In this document: positions 49,189 to 59,827 of the stretch, piece by piece
Layout of the letters: every line of letters begins with the position of its first letter
Position numbering within the stretch: the first letter of the stretch is position 1
Source of the DNA: Escherichia coli
Lineage (GTDB): Bacteria; Pseudomonadota; Gammaproteobacteria; Enterobacterales; Enterobacteriaceae
Assembly (NCBI RefSeq): GCF_013122565.1
Contig: NZ_CP053258.1
DNA: 64,000 nt
Direction: 5' to 3' (one strand)
The notes under the pieces: generated by a model
Told to the model about the DNA's origin: nothing
Seen by the model: only the letters and a program-made list of their open reading frames with translations
Databases searched by the model: none
Position numbers and translations under genes: made by a program

Positions 49189-49337
49189 TTTACATCCCGG
49201 TAATGCAACAAAAGTTAGAGCTTTTAAACGCTGCTACTATACGCGCGCGATTGAGGTTTGGGAATGAGGGCAAGTTAAGGGAGCGTAAAAATTTATGGGC
49301 CTGAAGCGGCCCATAATTTTTTAAAGAGAATTCTGAT

Positions 49338-49631
49338 TTAAAAGAAGAAGAAAATCAGCCCGACAATGAGAACAATATCGGCAAGCAATGGGCAAAAAAT
49401 CCCTTGCCAGAGAACCTTCTGCGGACGAAAGCCCACGCCGTGAATCACACCAGCACAGACGGCCCACATCAGCAATAAACCATGCCAGATTTCCAGCTCA
49501 CTGGTCTTCGCGGCAAAACGAGATGGGTCCCAAAACATACATCCTGCTAACAGAAGCGCCATCACGAAGGAAAGCGCCCGCAGGGGGCGCTTGTCCATTA
49601 CCGCATACAAGGTCGCGATAATCTTACTCAT
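49338..49631 (-). CDS. ybgE: Cyd operon inner membrane protein YbgE
   Basis: 97-aa ORF, recognised by position. Confidence 0.88.
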   Translation of the reverse strand: MSKIIATLYAVMDKRPLRALSFVMALLLAGCMFWDPSRFAAKTSELEIWHGLLLMWAVCAGVIHGVGFRPQKVLWQGIFCPLLADIVLIVGLIFFFF

Positions 49632-49744
49632 CAGATGTCTTCTTGACCGGCTTTGCCTGATTCGACGTGCTCAAGCGCCAGCGCGGTGATTACCCCAAAC
49701 GAACAGGCAAGAAGCGTTCCCAGAATCCATGCGAAATACCACAT
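49631..49744 (-). CDS. cydX: Cytochrome bd-I small subunit CydX (YbgT), 37 aa
   Basis: Below the ORF-track cutoff; hand-translated MWYFAWILGTLLACSFGVITALALEHVESGKAGQEDI; its stop shares one nt with the ybgE start. Confidence 0.88.
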   Translation of the reverse strand: MWYFAWILGTLLACSFGVITALALEHVESGKAGQEDI

Positions 49745-49758
49745 TTTTAGCTCCTTAC

Positions 49759-50898
49759 TTAGTACAGAGAGTGGGTGTTACGTTCAATATCTTCTTTGGT
49801 GATACGACCGAACATTTTCCAGTAACACCAGGCGGTGTAGAGCAGAATGATCGGTACCAGAACCACCGCAACCCAGGTCATGACGTTAAGCGTCAGCTGG
49901 CTGGAAGTTGCATCCCACATTGTCAGACTTGCGTTCATCATGGTGCTGGACGGCATCACAAACGGGAACATTGCGATACCGGCAGTCAGGATGATGCAGG
50001 CCAGCGTCAGGGAGGAGAACACAAACGCCCACGCGGCTTTATCCATACGTGCAGTCAGGATGGTCAGCAGCGGCAGAACTACACCCAGTGCCGGAATAGC
50101 CCACAGAATTGGCGTGTTGTTGAAGTTAACCAGCCATGCGCCAGCTTCACGAACCACTACTTTATTCTGCGGGTTAGAGGCTGCGTAATGGTCCATTGTC
50201 GATTTCACGACATAACCATCGATACCGTACATCACCCATACGCCAGCCAGTGCGAAGCAGACCAGTGTCACCAGTGCCGCCACCTGAGCCGTTGCACGGG
50301 TACGCAGGTGCAGTTCGCCCACGGTACGCATTTGCAGATAGGTTGCGCCCTGAGTAATGATCATCCCTACGCTCACCACGCCTGCCAGCAGGCCGAACGG
50401 ATTAAGCAACTGAAAGAAGTTACCGGTGTAGTACAGACGCAGATATTCATCAACGTTGAACGGTACGCCCTGCAACAGGTTACCGAACGCTACACCAATT
50501 ACCAGCGGCGGAACGAAGCTACCAATGAAGATGCCCCAGTCCCACATGTTACGCCAGCGGGTTTCTTCAATCTTGGAGCGGTAGTCAAAACCGACCGGAC
50601 GGAAGAACAAAGACGCCAGCACGAGGATCATCGCCACATAGAAGCCGGAGAACGCAGCGGCATAGACCATCGGCCAGGCAGCAAAGAGTGCGCCGCCCGC
50701 GGTGATCAGCCAAACCTGGTTACCGTCCCAGTGTGGAGCAATGGAGTTAATCATAATTCGACGCTCGGTGTCGTTACGACCGAGAAAACGGGTGAGCATG
50801 CCCACCCCCATGTCGAAACCGTCAGTGACTGCAAAACCAATCAGCAGAACGCCAACCAGCAGCCACCAGATAAAACGCAATACTTCATAATCGATCAT
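49759..50898 (-). CDS. cydB: Cytochrome bd-I ubiquinol oxidase subunit II CydB
   Basis: 379-aa ORF, recognised. Confidence 0.96.
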   Translation of the reverse strand: MIDYEVLRFIWWLLVGVLLIGFAVTDGFDMGVGMLTRFLGRNDTERRIMINSIAPHWDGNQVWLITAGGALFAAWPMVYAAAFSGFYVAMILVLASLFFRPVGFDYRSKIEETRWRNMWDWGIFIGSFVPPLVIGVAFGNLLQGVPFNVDEYLRLYYTGNFFQLLNPFGLLAGVVSVGMIITQGATYLQMRTVGELHLRTRATAQVAALVTLVCFALAGVWVMYGIDGYVVKSTMDHYAASNPQNKVVVREAGAWLVNFNNTPILWAIPALGVVLPLLTILTARMDKAAWAFVFSSLTLACIILTAGIAMFPFVMPSSTMMNASLTMWDATSSQLTLNVMTWVAVVLVPIILLYTAWCYWKMFGRITKEDIERNTHSLY

Positions 50899-50913
50899 TT
50901 GACGACTCCTGTC

Positions 50914-52482
50914 TTAGCGTGCCGGCTGAGTAGTCGTGGAAGACTGCTCAAAGTGATAGCGACCGGTTTTCAGGCTGCTTGGGCCGAGGCGTGCAAACTT
51001 GAACATTAAGAACAATTCTGCCACCAGGAACAGGGTATACAGGCCGCAAATCAGCACCATTGAGAAGATGAGATCGCCTGCGGTCAGTGACGAGTTCGCC
51101 ACAGCTGTCGGCAGCACTTCACCGATAGCCCACGGTTGGCGGCCATATTCAGCCACGAACCAGCCCGCTTCTACAGCAATCCACGGCAGCGGAATACCGT
51201 ACAGCGCGGCGCGCAGCAGCCATTTTTTCTCGCCAATGCGGTTGCGGATGACACTCCAGAAAGAGAGCGCGATGATTGCCAGCAGCAGGAAGCCACACGC
51301 CACCATGATACGGAACGCGAAGTACAGCGGCGCTACACGCGGAATGGAGTCTTTGGTTGCCTGTTGAATCTGAGCTTCAGTCGCATCAGCCACGTTTGGC
51401 GTATAGCGTTTCAGCAGCAGACCGTAACCGAGGTCTTTCTTCATGCTATTGAACTGGTCACGAACCGCCTGGTCGGTAGAACCAGAACGCAGTTGTTCGA
51501 GCAGAGAGTAAGCCTTCATCCCGTTACGAATGCGTTCTTCATGCTGCACCATCAGTTCTTTCAGGCCGATAACTGGAGTATCCACGGAACGCGTTGCAAT
51601 GATGCCCAGCGCGTAAGGGATCTGGATCGCAAATTTGTTCGTCTCCTCTTCCTGATCAGGAATGCCGAACAGAGTAAAGGCAGCAGGCGCAGGTTGCGTT
51701 TCCCACTCGGCTTCAATAGCAGCCAGTTTGGTTTTCTGCACGTCGCCCATTTCGTAACCAGATTCATCACCCAGAACAATAACAGACAGAACGGCAGCCA
51801 TACCGAAGCTGGCAGCGATAGCAAAGGAGCGTTTAGCGAAGGCGAAGTCACGACCTTTCAGCATATACCATGCGCTGATACCGAGGATGAACATCGCGCC
51901 AGTCACATAACCAGACGCTACAGTGTGAACGAATTTCACCTGAGCAACCGGGTTAAGCACCAGCTCGGAGAAGCTCACCATCTCCATACGCATAGTTTCA
52001 AAGTTGAAATCGGACGCGATTGGGTTTTGCATCCAGCCGTTCGCAACCAGAATCCACAGTGCGGACAGGTTTGAACCGAGCGCCACCAGCCAGGTGACAC
52101 ACATATGCTGAACTTTACCCAGACGATCCCAACCGAAGAAGAACAGACCTACAAAGGTGGATTCGAGGAAGAAGGCCATCAGACCTTCGATTGCCAGCGG
52201 CGCACCGAAGATATCCCCTACATAGTGGGAATAGTAAGACCAGTTAGTCCCGAACTGGAACTCCATAGTCAGACCGGTAGCCACACCCAGAGCGAAGTTG
52301 ATACCAAACAACTTGCCCCAGAACTTGGTCATATCTTTATAAATCTGTTTGCCGGAAAGGACGTAGACCGTTTCCATAATGGCCAGCAGGAACGCCATAC
52401 CGAGCGTCAGTGGCACAAAAAGGAAGTGGTACATCGCGGTCAAGGCAAACTGTAAGCGCGACAGTTCGACTATATCTAACAT
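50914..52482 (-). CDS. cydA: Cytochrome bd-I ubiquinol oxidase subunit I CydA, 522 aa
   Basis: ORF 50914..52485, start at second Met ([20 protein letters not shown]). Confidence 0.96.
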
Positions 52483-52819
52483 CATGACTCCTTGCTCATC
52501 GCATGAAGACTCCGAGAGTGAACCCCGTTAGAAAGGGTCACACGCATGCCCCAATACAAAATTATTTGCTCGCCTCTATCGTTGCCATTTCATCAAAAGA
52601 GGAAAAGACAATGATAAAAAAGTTGCAAATATGTTAATGAATAAACCAAATTGATCCCGTAATTATATTACGCCGCAAAATCCTTACAATAAACAGGTTT
52701 TTATTGAGCAAATTTGCATTTTTCGACAGTGATCAATTTATAGCGAAATTGTCACGATCTCACCAATTTGATCTACGACAATTTATCGTGTTTTGCAGAT
52801 TTTTTTCAAGAATTAAAAA

Positions 52820-52833
52820 TTGATTTATATCAA
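52820..52833. promoter_or_regulatory. FNR-consensus palindrome in the cydAB upstream region
   Basis: ttgatttatatcaa = TTGAT-N4-ATCAA exactly, about 340 nt upstream of cydA; the cydAB promoter is known to be FNR/ArcA controlled. Confidence 0.7.
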
Positions 52834-53287
52834 AACTAACCAAATATGTTAATTATGTATAAACCATAGATCATTAGTGATTTTATTGTTAATTTATTGT
52901 GAAATATTTATGCAACACAATTATTACAATGAAAAGGTATAGATAAAAAACCAGTGTTGTATTTAACAGAACCGCCTTATCCACTTTTTATAATACCAAT
53001 TGATTAGAGTAGCCAATTTGTTGCTATTTTACATAACATATTTTTATCAAAGTTAATTGATTGTTGCCTTTATGAGCACCGACCGTAAGCCCGTTATGTT
53101 ATTGTTTCATTGGTAATAATCACTTAAATGTATCGATGGAACAGGTATGACTTAGCGGGAGTGATTGTTTCTGAGTGAACAGGGGCCACTTTTGCCTGAT
53201 AAATGAAAAATGAGCGATTTTTGCAAGTTAGTTTTTCTATAGCCGTGTACGCTCAGCGCCTCGCTTGATTACAATGAGGTTGCTGCT

Positions 53288-54232
53288 ATGAGTCCTGATA
53301 ATATCGGTTCGGCTGTCAATCGCTTCTCAGGTTGGCCATCTAATGATCCTCTAAAAACAGATAAAGAATCAACGACATCACCCGTGACAGTGCAGGTAAT
53401 AAAGATGATTGCCGCCATCCTTGACCCACATCGGATAGTCGTTGGAATCGATACACTTTATACAACGCAGCGCGAAACATTTACCTCAGAGAGTCAACAG
53501 CTCATTGAATCAGCATTGCAAACACTTCATGTGATGAATTTAAATAACCTGGAAACAAATCGCGATGAAGAAGGTCACTATCTGGCTTTTGAATATAACG
53601 TTGACACCTCTGACAGAATAACCGTTTCTGCTTACAATGAAAAAAATCCTGGCTGCTATGGCCAATGTCTTTTAATACAGGATGACGAAACAGACTTATT
53701 CAACCTGATAAAAATTAAAATTTTTGAAGCCAGGCATAATTATGTCGCTCAATTGATGAGCGATCCAGAATTTATGTTCAAATTCAGTTATAGCGCTCAA
53801 CAAAATAGATTAGAACCTCATCTTCTGGTTCCCGCTTATTTCCCTCTAAAAACAAACGAACCGGTTACGCAAGAGGATGTACTGTTACTTTATCGTTTCT
53901 TTAAAATGAATGATGATTTTAACAAATTAACATCAGATGAATACATGAGTATCCTGACACCTCTGATGAAGTGTGAGCGTAGCGTCCACGACAACAACAG
54001 GTATGTGACGGGCAAAGATACCCTTCTTCTGGACTATCCTCCTTCTGGTAACCAGATACATTTCCATGTTTTCCCTGACGAATCAGCAACACTAGTCCTT
54101 TATTTTTCAAACAATGACCTTGAATATTTCGTCTTTGAAAGAGATATTCCGAGCCAGTATCGCTTTTTCAAAATGTTTACCAATCTGGCACTGGTTATAG
54201 ATCAGTTAACCGAAGCCCATAAAATACTTTAA
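53288..54232 (+). CDS. Hypothetical protein (314 aa), AT-rich, no family recognised
   Basis: ORF track; GAGG RBS 7-10 nt upstream; soluble, Ser/Pro/Asn-rich N-terminus. Confidence 0.55.
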   Translation: MSPDNIGSAVNRFSGWPSNDPLKTDKESTTSPVTVQVIKMIAAILDPHRIVVGIDTLYTTQRETFTSESQQLIESALQTLHVMNLNNLETNRDEEGHYLAFEYNVDTSDRITVSAYNEKNPGCYGQCLLIQDDETDLFNLIKIKIFEARHNYVAQLMSDPEFMFKFSYSAQQNRLEPHLLVPAYFPLKTNEPVTQEDVLLLYRFFKMNDDFNKLTSDEYMSILTPLMKCERSVHDNNRYVTGKDTLLLDYPPSGNQIHFHVFPDESATLVLYFSNNDLEYFVFERDIPSQYRFFKMFTNLALVIDQLTEAHKIL

Positions 54233-54312
54233 TTTTCTATATATCCCTATGGCAAATATTGCTAAACAATGCCTGGGGATTAATTTTTATTACTCACGGA
54301 AAGATTTAAATA

Positions 54313-54735
54313 ATGATATCATCTCAGATCTCTTTCAGTACTCTTCCTGTCAATGCAACATACGCTTCAGAGACAACAGTTGACACACAAAAATTCTCTG
54401 ACATCCTCTACTCAGCGGGGTGTTCCCTAAAGGATATGGCTTATCTGAGCAGATGTCTGGCATCAATACACCCGACTATCGCCAAAAACATTTATGAAAC
54501 AGAAAATCTCAGCGATCAAAAATTACTGCATATTGATTGCCGTAGTACAAATGACATCAAGATAAATATCTTTTTTGGTCAGCAACGAGAAGGATTAATT
54601 GAAATTAGTTCTGACACAGTTATTTTTTCGATACTGTCTTCATTGATTGACTCCGCCATTTCTAAATTTCAACATCAAAACCCGGTTAACGGTTCAGTTA
54701 ATCCTGAACTATTGTATGAGGATTATACTGATTAA
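54313..54735 (+). CDS. Hypothetical small acidic protein (140 aa), AT-rich
   Basis: ORF track; 80 nt downstream of the 314-aa ORF on the same strand; Ser-rich N-terminus. Confidence 0.5.
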   Translation: MISSQISFSTLPVNATYASETTVDTQKFSDILYSAGCSLKDMAYLSRCLASIHPTIAKNIYETENLSDQKLLHIDCRSTNDIKINIFFGQQREGLIEISSDTVIFSILSSLIDSAISKFQHQNPVNGSVNPELLYEDYTD

Positions 54736-55281
54736 ATCCACCCTGTCGCGAAAAATGGCCTGCGTTATTGCCAGACGTAATAAAACCTTTGATTAACGTT
54801 ACTCATACTGATAGCACCTTCATGTACCTCTCTTTTTTACGCAAATCAAAAGAGCTAACGAAGGTCATAATTCGCATGAATCATTAACCATTTGTTATTT
54901 TCAACATTACTTTTACATTAAGCAGAAATGAATGGTAGTGAAATTCGACTTAAATTTTATGAAATGCATTTACTTATGGCTAAACCCATATCACTAAAAT
55001 GCAAATTAGAAGTAGATCACAAATATCTCAATACACCAAATCAAGTTAATTTTAAAAATTTAACATTCATGACATTAGTTGACATAACACACTGAATTAA
55101 CATGGAAATTTAAAAACACACTTTAAACAATCATTTCCCGAAAGACATTTTGAAAATAGATCAATTGCAACATTACGGTCAGATAAAGACACTCCTGTGA
55201 TATTAAACCTGTGCCGTTATGAACGGCCATAAATACGACGTGTGTAACTTATTTTACTCTCTGTCTTACAAAGGATTACCC

Positions 55282-55731
55282 ATGAAGAAAGCAACACTTG
55301 TGATTGGCGTTATTGGCGCGGACTGCCATGCAGTAGGCAATAAAGTTCTGGACCGCGTTTTTAGCAACCACGACTTCAGAGTCATTAATCTGGGCGTAAT
55401 GGTCAGCCAGGACGAATATATTGATGCTGCCATTGAAACTGGCGCTGACGCGATTGTCGTCTCCTCTATCTATGGGCATGGCGATATCGACTGTCTGGGC
55501 ATGCGCGAACGCTGCATCGAGCGTGGACTGGGGGACATCCTGCTCTATGTGGGCGGTAACCTGGTGGTAGGAAAACATGACTTCGCTGACGTGGAAAACA
55601 AGTTCAAAGAGATGGGATTTGATCGCGTCTTTGCCCCAAGTCATGACTTAGAAGAGGTTTGTCAGCTGATGGCCCACGATATCAACCAACGTCATGACGT
55701 TGATACTCGCATTCTTGAAGAGGCAATCTGA
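55282..55731 (+). CDS. glmS: Glutamate mutase (methylaspartate mutase) S / sigma subunit, B12-binding, 149 aa
   Basis: ORF 55219..55731 with start at [22 protein letters not shown] (cobalamin-binding DxHxxG-type motif); family assignment from recognised conservation. Confidence 0.85.
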   Translation: MKKATLVIGVIGADCHAVGNKVLDRVFSNHDFRVINLGVMVSQDEYIDAAIETGADAIVVSSIYGHGDIDCLGMRERCIERGLGDILLYVGGNLVVGKHDFADVENKFKEMGFDRVFAPSHDLEEVCQLMAHDINQRHDVDTRILEEAI

Positions 55732-57119
55732 TGCAAATCGTCTCTGTCGATATTGGATCGACGTGGACCAAAGCAGCCCTCTTCACCCGGGAGGGGGACG
55801 CGTTAACGTTGGTTAACCACGTACTGACCCCAACCACCACCCATCATCTGGCGAAGGGGTTTTTCTCCAGCCTGAACCAGGTGTTAAACGTAGATAATGC
55901 CCTCCCCCTGTTAAACAGCGGTGAGGTTGCATTGAAGTATTCCTCCTCTGCCAAAGGTGGGCTGGCGGTTGCCGCAATGGGATTGGTGCCTTCTATCACC
56001 CTGGAAACCGCGAAAGTAACCGCTCACTCTGCGGGTGCTAAAATTGCGCAATATTACGCCTACAAGCTGAACCGCCGTGATATCCAGGCACTGGAAGAAA
56101 CGCAGCCCGATATTCTCTTGTTCACCGGCGGCACCGACGGCGGAGAAGAAAGCTACGGACTGAATAACGCCCGTGTGCTGGCAGAATCCAAACTCGACTG
56201 CGCCATTATTTATGCCGGAAACCGGGATATTCAGGACGAGGTGCAGGAGATCCTCGGACATAAAGACCTGACCATCGTCGACAACGTTCTGCCCGATCTT
56301 GACCATCCGAACCCTTTAGCCGCACGCCAGGCTATCTGCGACATATTCCTTAAACGCATCGTTAAAGGGAAAGGGCTGGATGTCATTGTTGATAAAACAG
56401 GCGAAGAACCAATGCCGACACCATGGACGGTCTTTGAACTGGTTAAGGCAATCAGTAACGTCGATCACAGCTGGAAAGAGTTCATGCTGATCGACATGGG
56501 CGGCGCAACCACCGATGTCTATTCCGCCTGTGCCAACACGCTCTCGCCCGACACCGTTTTACACGGCGTACCGGAACCCTTCGTAAAACGGACGGTGGAA
56601 GGCGATCTGGGAATGCGCGTCTCGGCAATGGTGGTTGGTGAAAGTGCGAAAGAGTTAGTCAATGTAAATTTTGCTCAGCAACCCGCACAGCTGGACGCTT
56701 TTTATCATTACCTCCGTCATTTAGTCGCTCATCCCGACTACTTACCCGCGAATGCAGAAGAAAAATATTTCGATACCGTCCTGGCCGGACTGTGTGTGGG
56801 TTATGCCACCGAAAGACATGCGGGCACCAAAAAAGAGGTCTGCACCTGCGTCGGCAATGTCGATTTACAAATGGGACGTGACCTGACAACCGTGCGTAAA
56901 GTCGTCGGATCCGGCGGATGGCTCTCGCGTGCCAGTCAGTTCGATATGCATCACTGGTTGAAATACCGCGAGTTAAACGACGACGGTAAACGCATTCTCT
57001 TACCGACCGAATTTGAATATTACCGCGATTCCCGGGGGCTATTACCACTGCTGGCAAACGTCGCCAGAGTCGATCCGCTGGCCGCCGCGCGCACCAGTAT
57101 TCAATGCTTAACCCTATAA
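55731..57119 (+). CDS. glmL: Glutamate mutase-associated protein GlmL/MutL (ASKHA-like)
   Basis: 462-aa ORF between S and E subunit genes ([18 protein letters not shown]); start shares one nt with the preceding stop. Confidence 0.75.
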   Translation: MQIVSVDIGSTWTKAALFTREGDALTLVNHVLTPTTTHHLAKGFFSSLNQVLNVDNALPLLNSGEVALKYSSSAKGGLAVAAMGLVPSITLETAKVTAHSAGAKIAQYYAYKLNRRDIQALEETQPDILLFTGGTDGGEESYGLNNARVLAESKLDCAIIYAGNRDIQDEVQEILGHKDLTIVDNVLPDLDHPNPLAARQAICDIFLKRIVKGKGLDVIVDKTGEEPMPTPWTVFELVKAISNVDHSWKEFMLIDMGGATTDVYSACANTLSPDTVLHGVPEPFVKRTVEGDLGMRVSAMVVGESAKELVNVNFAQQPAQLDAFYHYLRHLVAHPDYLPANAEEKYFDTVLAGLCVGYATERHAGTKKEVCTCVGNVDLQMGRDLTTVRKVVGSGGWLSRASQFDMHHWLKYRELNDDGKRILLPTEFEYYRDSRGLLPLLANVARVDPLAAARTSIQCLTL

Positions 57120-57137
57120 CAATTAAGGCTGCAATCA

Positions 57138-58583
57138 ATGGAACTTCGAAATAAGAAATTAACCCATGACGAATTCATGACCGAGCGGCAACAGGTACTG
57201 AAAACCTGGGAAACCGGCAAGGATGTTGAAAATTTTGAAGATGGCGTTAAATACCAACAAACCATTCCTGAGCATAAACGCTTCTCTCTCGCCCTGCTGA
57301 AAGCAGACAAGGAAGGTAAAACCCTTAGCCAACCGCGCGCAGGTGTGGCGCTGATGGACGAACACATCGAACTACTGAAAACACTACAAGAAGAGTGCGA
57401 TCTGCTGCCAAGCACCATCGATGCATATACCCGTCTGAATCGGTACGAAGAAGCGGCTGTAGGGATTAAAAAATCCATCGAAGCCGGAACCTCTAAACTG
57501 AACGGTTTACCGGTAGTTAACCACGGAGTCGCAGCTTGCCGTCGCCTCACCGAAACCCTGCAAAAACCGCTACAGATCCGCCACGGCACGCCAGATGCGC
57601 GTCTGCTGGCTGAAATCTCGATGGCCAGTGGCTTTACCAGTTACGAAGGCGGCGGCATTTCCTACAACATTCCGTATGCCAAACGCGTAACGCTGGAAAA
57701 ATCGATCCGCGACTGGCAGTACTGCGACCGTTTAATGGGGATGTATGAAGAACACGGGATCCGCATCAACCGCGAACCATTTGGCCCACTAACGGGTACG
57801 CTGATCCCGCCGTTTATCTCGCACTCTATCGCCATAATCGAAGGCTTGCTGGCGCTGGAACAGGGTGTGAAATCTATCACCGTTGGTTATGGCCAGGTCG
57901 GCAGCCTGACGCAGGATGTTGCGGCGATCCAGTCTCTGCGTGAACTTGCACATGAATACTTTCAGAGCTATGGCTATACCGACTATGAATTAAGTACCGT
58001 GTTTCACCAGTGGATGGGCGGCTTTCCGGAAGACGAATCGAAAGCGTTCGCTATTATCTCCTGGGGCGCAGCCGTCGCGGGGATGTCTGGTGCCACCAAA
58101 GTCATCACCAAAAGTCCGCACGAAGCCTGGGGTATCCCAACTGCCGCTGCCAACATTCAGGGGCTGAAAGCCTCCCGCCAGATGCTCAACATGGTCAATG
58201 AGCAGAAATTCCCGCCATGCCCTGCGGTTGAACTGGAAATTGAACTGATTAAGAGCGAGGTTCGCGCGGTACTGAATAAAGTGTTCGAACTGGGTAATGG
58301 TGATATTGCGCGCGGTACGGTGCTGGCATTTGAAGCGGGCGTACTGGATGTGCCGTTTGCGCCAGCCGCCTGCAACGCGGGCAAAATTCTTCCGGTCCGT
58401 GACAACACCGGCGCGATACGCGTACTGGAAGCCGGAGCCGTTCCATTGCCAAAAGATATTCTCGACCTCCACCACGATTACGTTGCGGAACGCGCACGCT
58501 GTGAAGGACGCCAACCGACATTCCAGATGGTTGTAGATGACATCAATGCTGTATCCCACAGTAAATTAATAGGAAGACCATAA
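57138..58583 (+). CDS. glmE: Glutamate mutase (methylaspartate mutase) E / epsilon subunit
   Basis: 481-aa ORF, characteristic size and position. Confidence 0.8.
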   Translation: MELRNKKLTHDEFMTERQQVLKTWETGKDVENFEDGVKYQQTIPEHKRFSLALLKADKEGKTLSQPRAGVALMDEHIELLKTLQEECDLLPSTIDAYTRLNRYEEAAVGIKKSIEAGTSKLNGLPVVNHGVAACRRLTETLQKPLQIRHGTPDARLLAEISMASGFTSYEGGGISYNIPYAKRVTLEKSIRDWQYCDRLMGMYEEHGIRINREPFGPLTGTLIPPFISHSIAIIEGLLALEQGVKSITVGYGQVGSLTQDVAAIQSLRELAHEYFQSYGYTDYELSTVFHQWMGGFPEDESKAFAIISWGAAVAGMSGATKVITKSPHEAWGIPTAAANIQGLKASRQMLNMVNEQKFPPCPAVELEIELIKSEVRAVLNKVFELGNGDIARGTVLAFEAGVLDVPFAPAACNAGKILPVRDNTGAIRVLEAGAVPLPKDILDLHHDYVAERARCEGRQPTFQMVVDDINAVSHSKLIGRP

Positions 58584-59824
58584 TGAAAATAAAACAGGCC
58601 CTGTTCACCGCTGGCTATTCCTCATTCTATTTCGATGACCAGCAGGCGATAAAAAACGGAGCGGGTCACGACGGCTTTTTTTATACCGGGGAGCCAGTAA
58701 CACAGGGGTTTAACGCCGTACGTCAGGCCGGGGAGTGCGTATCGGTACAGTTGATTCTGGAAAACGGCGCGGTCGCTGTAGGTGACTGTGCTGCCGTACA
58801 GTATTCCGGGGCAGGTGGTCGCGATCCACTGTTCCTCGCAGAGCACTTTATTCCGTTCCTCAACGACCATATTAAGCCATTACTGGTAGGCCGCGATGTG
58901 GATACTTTCCTGCCGAATGCCCGTTTCTTCGACAAATTGCGTATTGACGGCAACTTGCTGCATACCGCCGTGCGCTACGGATTATCACAGGCGCTGCTTG
59001 ATGCTACCGCGCTGGCAACCGGCCGTCTGAAAACTGAAGTGGTCTGTGATGAATGGCAGTTGCCACGCGTGGCGGAATCCATTCCATTATTTGGTCAGAG
59101 CGGCGACGATCGATATATCGCCGTCGATAAGATGATCCTTAAGGGCATCGACGTGCTGCCCCATGCGCTGATTAATAACGTCGAAGAGAAGCTGGGCTTT
59201 AAAGGTGAAAAACTGAGCGAATATGTCCGCTGGTTGTCGGATCGCATTCTAAGCAAGCGCACCAGCGCGCGCTACCACCCTACCCTGCACATCGATGTAT
59301 ACGGCACTATCGGTCTGATCTTCGATATGGATCCGCTCCGCTGTGCGCAATACATCGCCAGCCTGGAAAAAGAAGCGCAAGGCCTGCCGCTCTACATCGA
59401 AGGGCCGGTCGATGCCGGTAACAAGCCCGATCAAATTCGCCTGCTGACCGCGATTACCAAAGAGCTGACGCGCCTCGGTTCCGGCGTGAAAATTGTGGCC
59501 GATGAATGGTGTAACACCTACCAGGATATTGTTGATTTCACTGATGCTGCCAGTTGTCACATGGTGCAAATCAAAACCCCGGATCTGGGCAGTATTCACA
59601 ACATCGTCGATGCGGTTCTTTACTGCAACAGCCACAGCATGGAAGCGTACCAGGGCGGCACCTGCAATGAAACTGATGTCAGTGCCCGCACCTGTGTCCA
59701 CGTCGCCCTTGCCGCTCGCCCTATGCGTATGCTGGTAAAACCAGGGATGGGCTTTGACGAAGGCCTCGATATCGTCTTCAACGAAATGAATCGTACTATC
59801 GCGCTGTTGCAGGCTAAGGATTAA
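58583..59824 (+). CDS. Methylaspartate ammonia-lyase (enolase superfamily)
   Basis: 413-aa ORF (MKIKQALFTAGYSSFYFDDQQAIKNGAGHDGFFYTGEP...), directly after the mutase genes. Confidence 0.8.
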   Translation: MKIKQALFTAGYSSFYFDDQQAIKNGAGHDGFFYTGEPVTQGFNAVRQAGECVSVQLILENGAVAVGDCAAVQYSGAGGRDPLFLAEHFIPFLNDHIKPLLVGRDVDTFLPNARFFDKLRIDGNLLHTAVRYGLSQALLDATALATGRLKTEVVCDEWQLPRVAESIPLFGQSGDDRYIAVDKMILKGIDVLPHALINNVEEKLGFKGEKLSEYVRWLSDRILSKRTSARYHPTLHIDVYGTIGLIFDMDPLRCAQYIASLEKEAQGLPLYIEGPVDAGNKPDQIRLLTAITKELTRLGSGVKIVADEWCNTYQDIVDFTDAASCHMVQIKTPDLGSIHNIVDAVLYCNSHSMEAYQGGTCNETDVSARTCVHVALAARPMRMLVKPGMGFDEGLDIVFNEMNRTIALLQAKD

Positions 59825-59827
59825 CAA

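Noticed and set aside
49729-51009. 426-aa plus-strand ORF
   Set aside because: Lies entirely antisense to cydB/cydX, whose minus-strand reading frames are recognised proteins; Arg/His/Gln-rich composition typical of a shadow ORF.
51136-52074. 312-aa plus-strand ORF
   Set aside because: Antisense to cydA.
52486-55281. Possibility of a mobile element (IS, integrase) or CRISPR array in the AT-rich right-hand segment
   Set aside because: No transposase- or integrase-like ORF, no terminal inverted repeats and no regular direct-repeat/spacer structure were seen; AT-richness alone is insufficient.
54736-55281. Possible cobalamin riboswitch upstream of the B12-dependent glutamate mutase genes
   Set aside because: No recognisable conserved B12-box-like core noticed on reading, and B12 riboswitches usually control B12 supply genes rather than B12-dependent enzymes; would need a covariance-model search to exclude fully.
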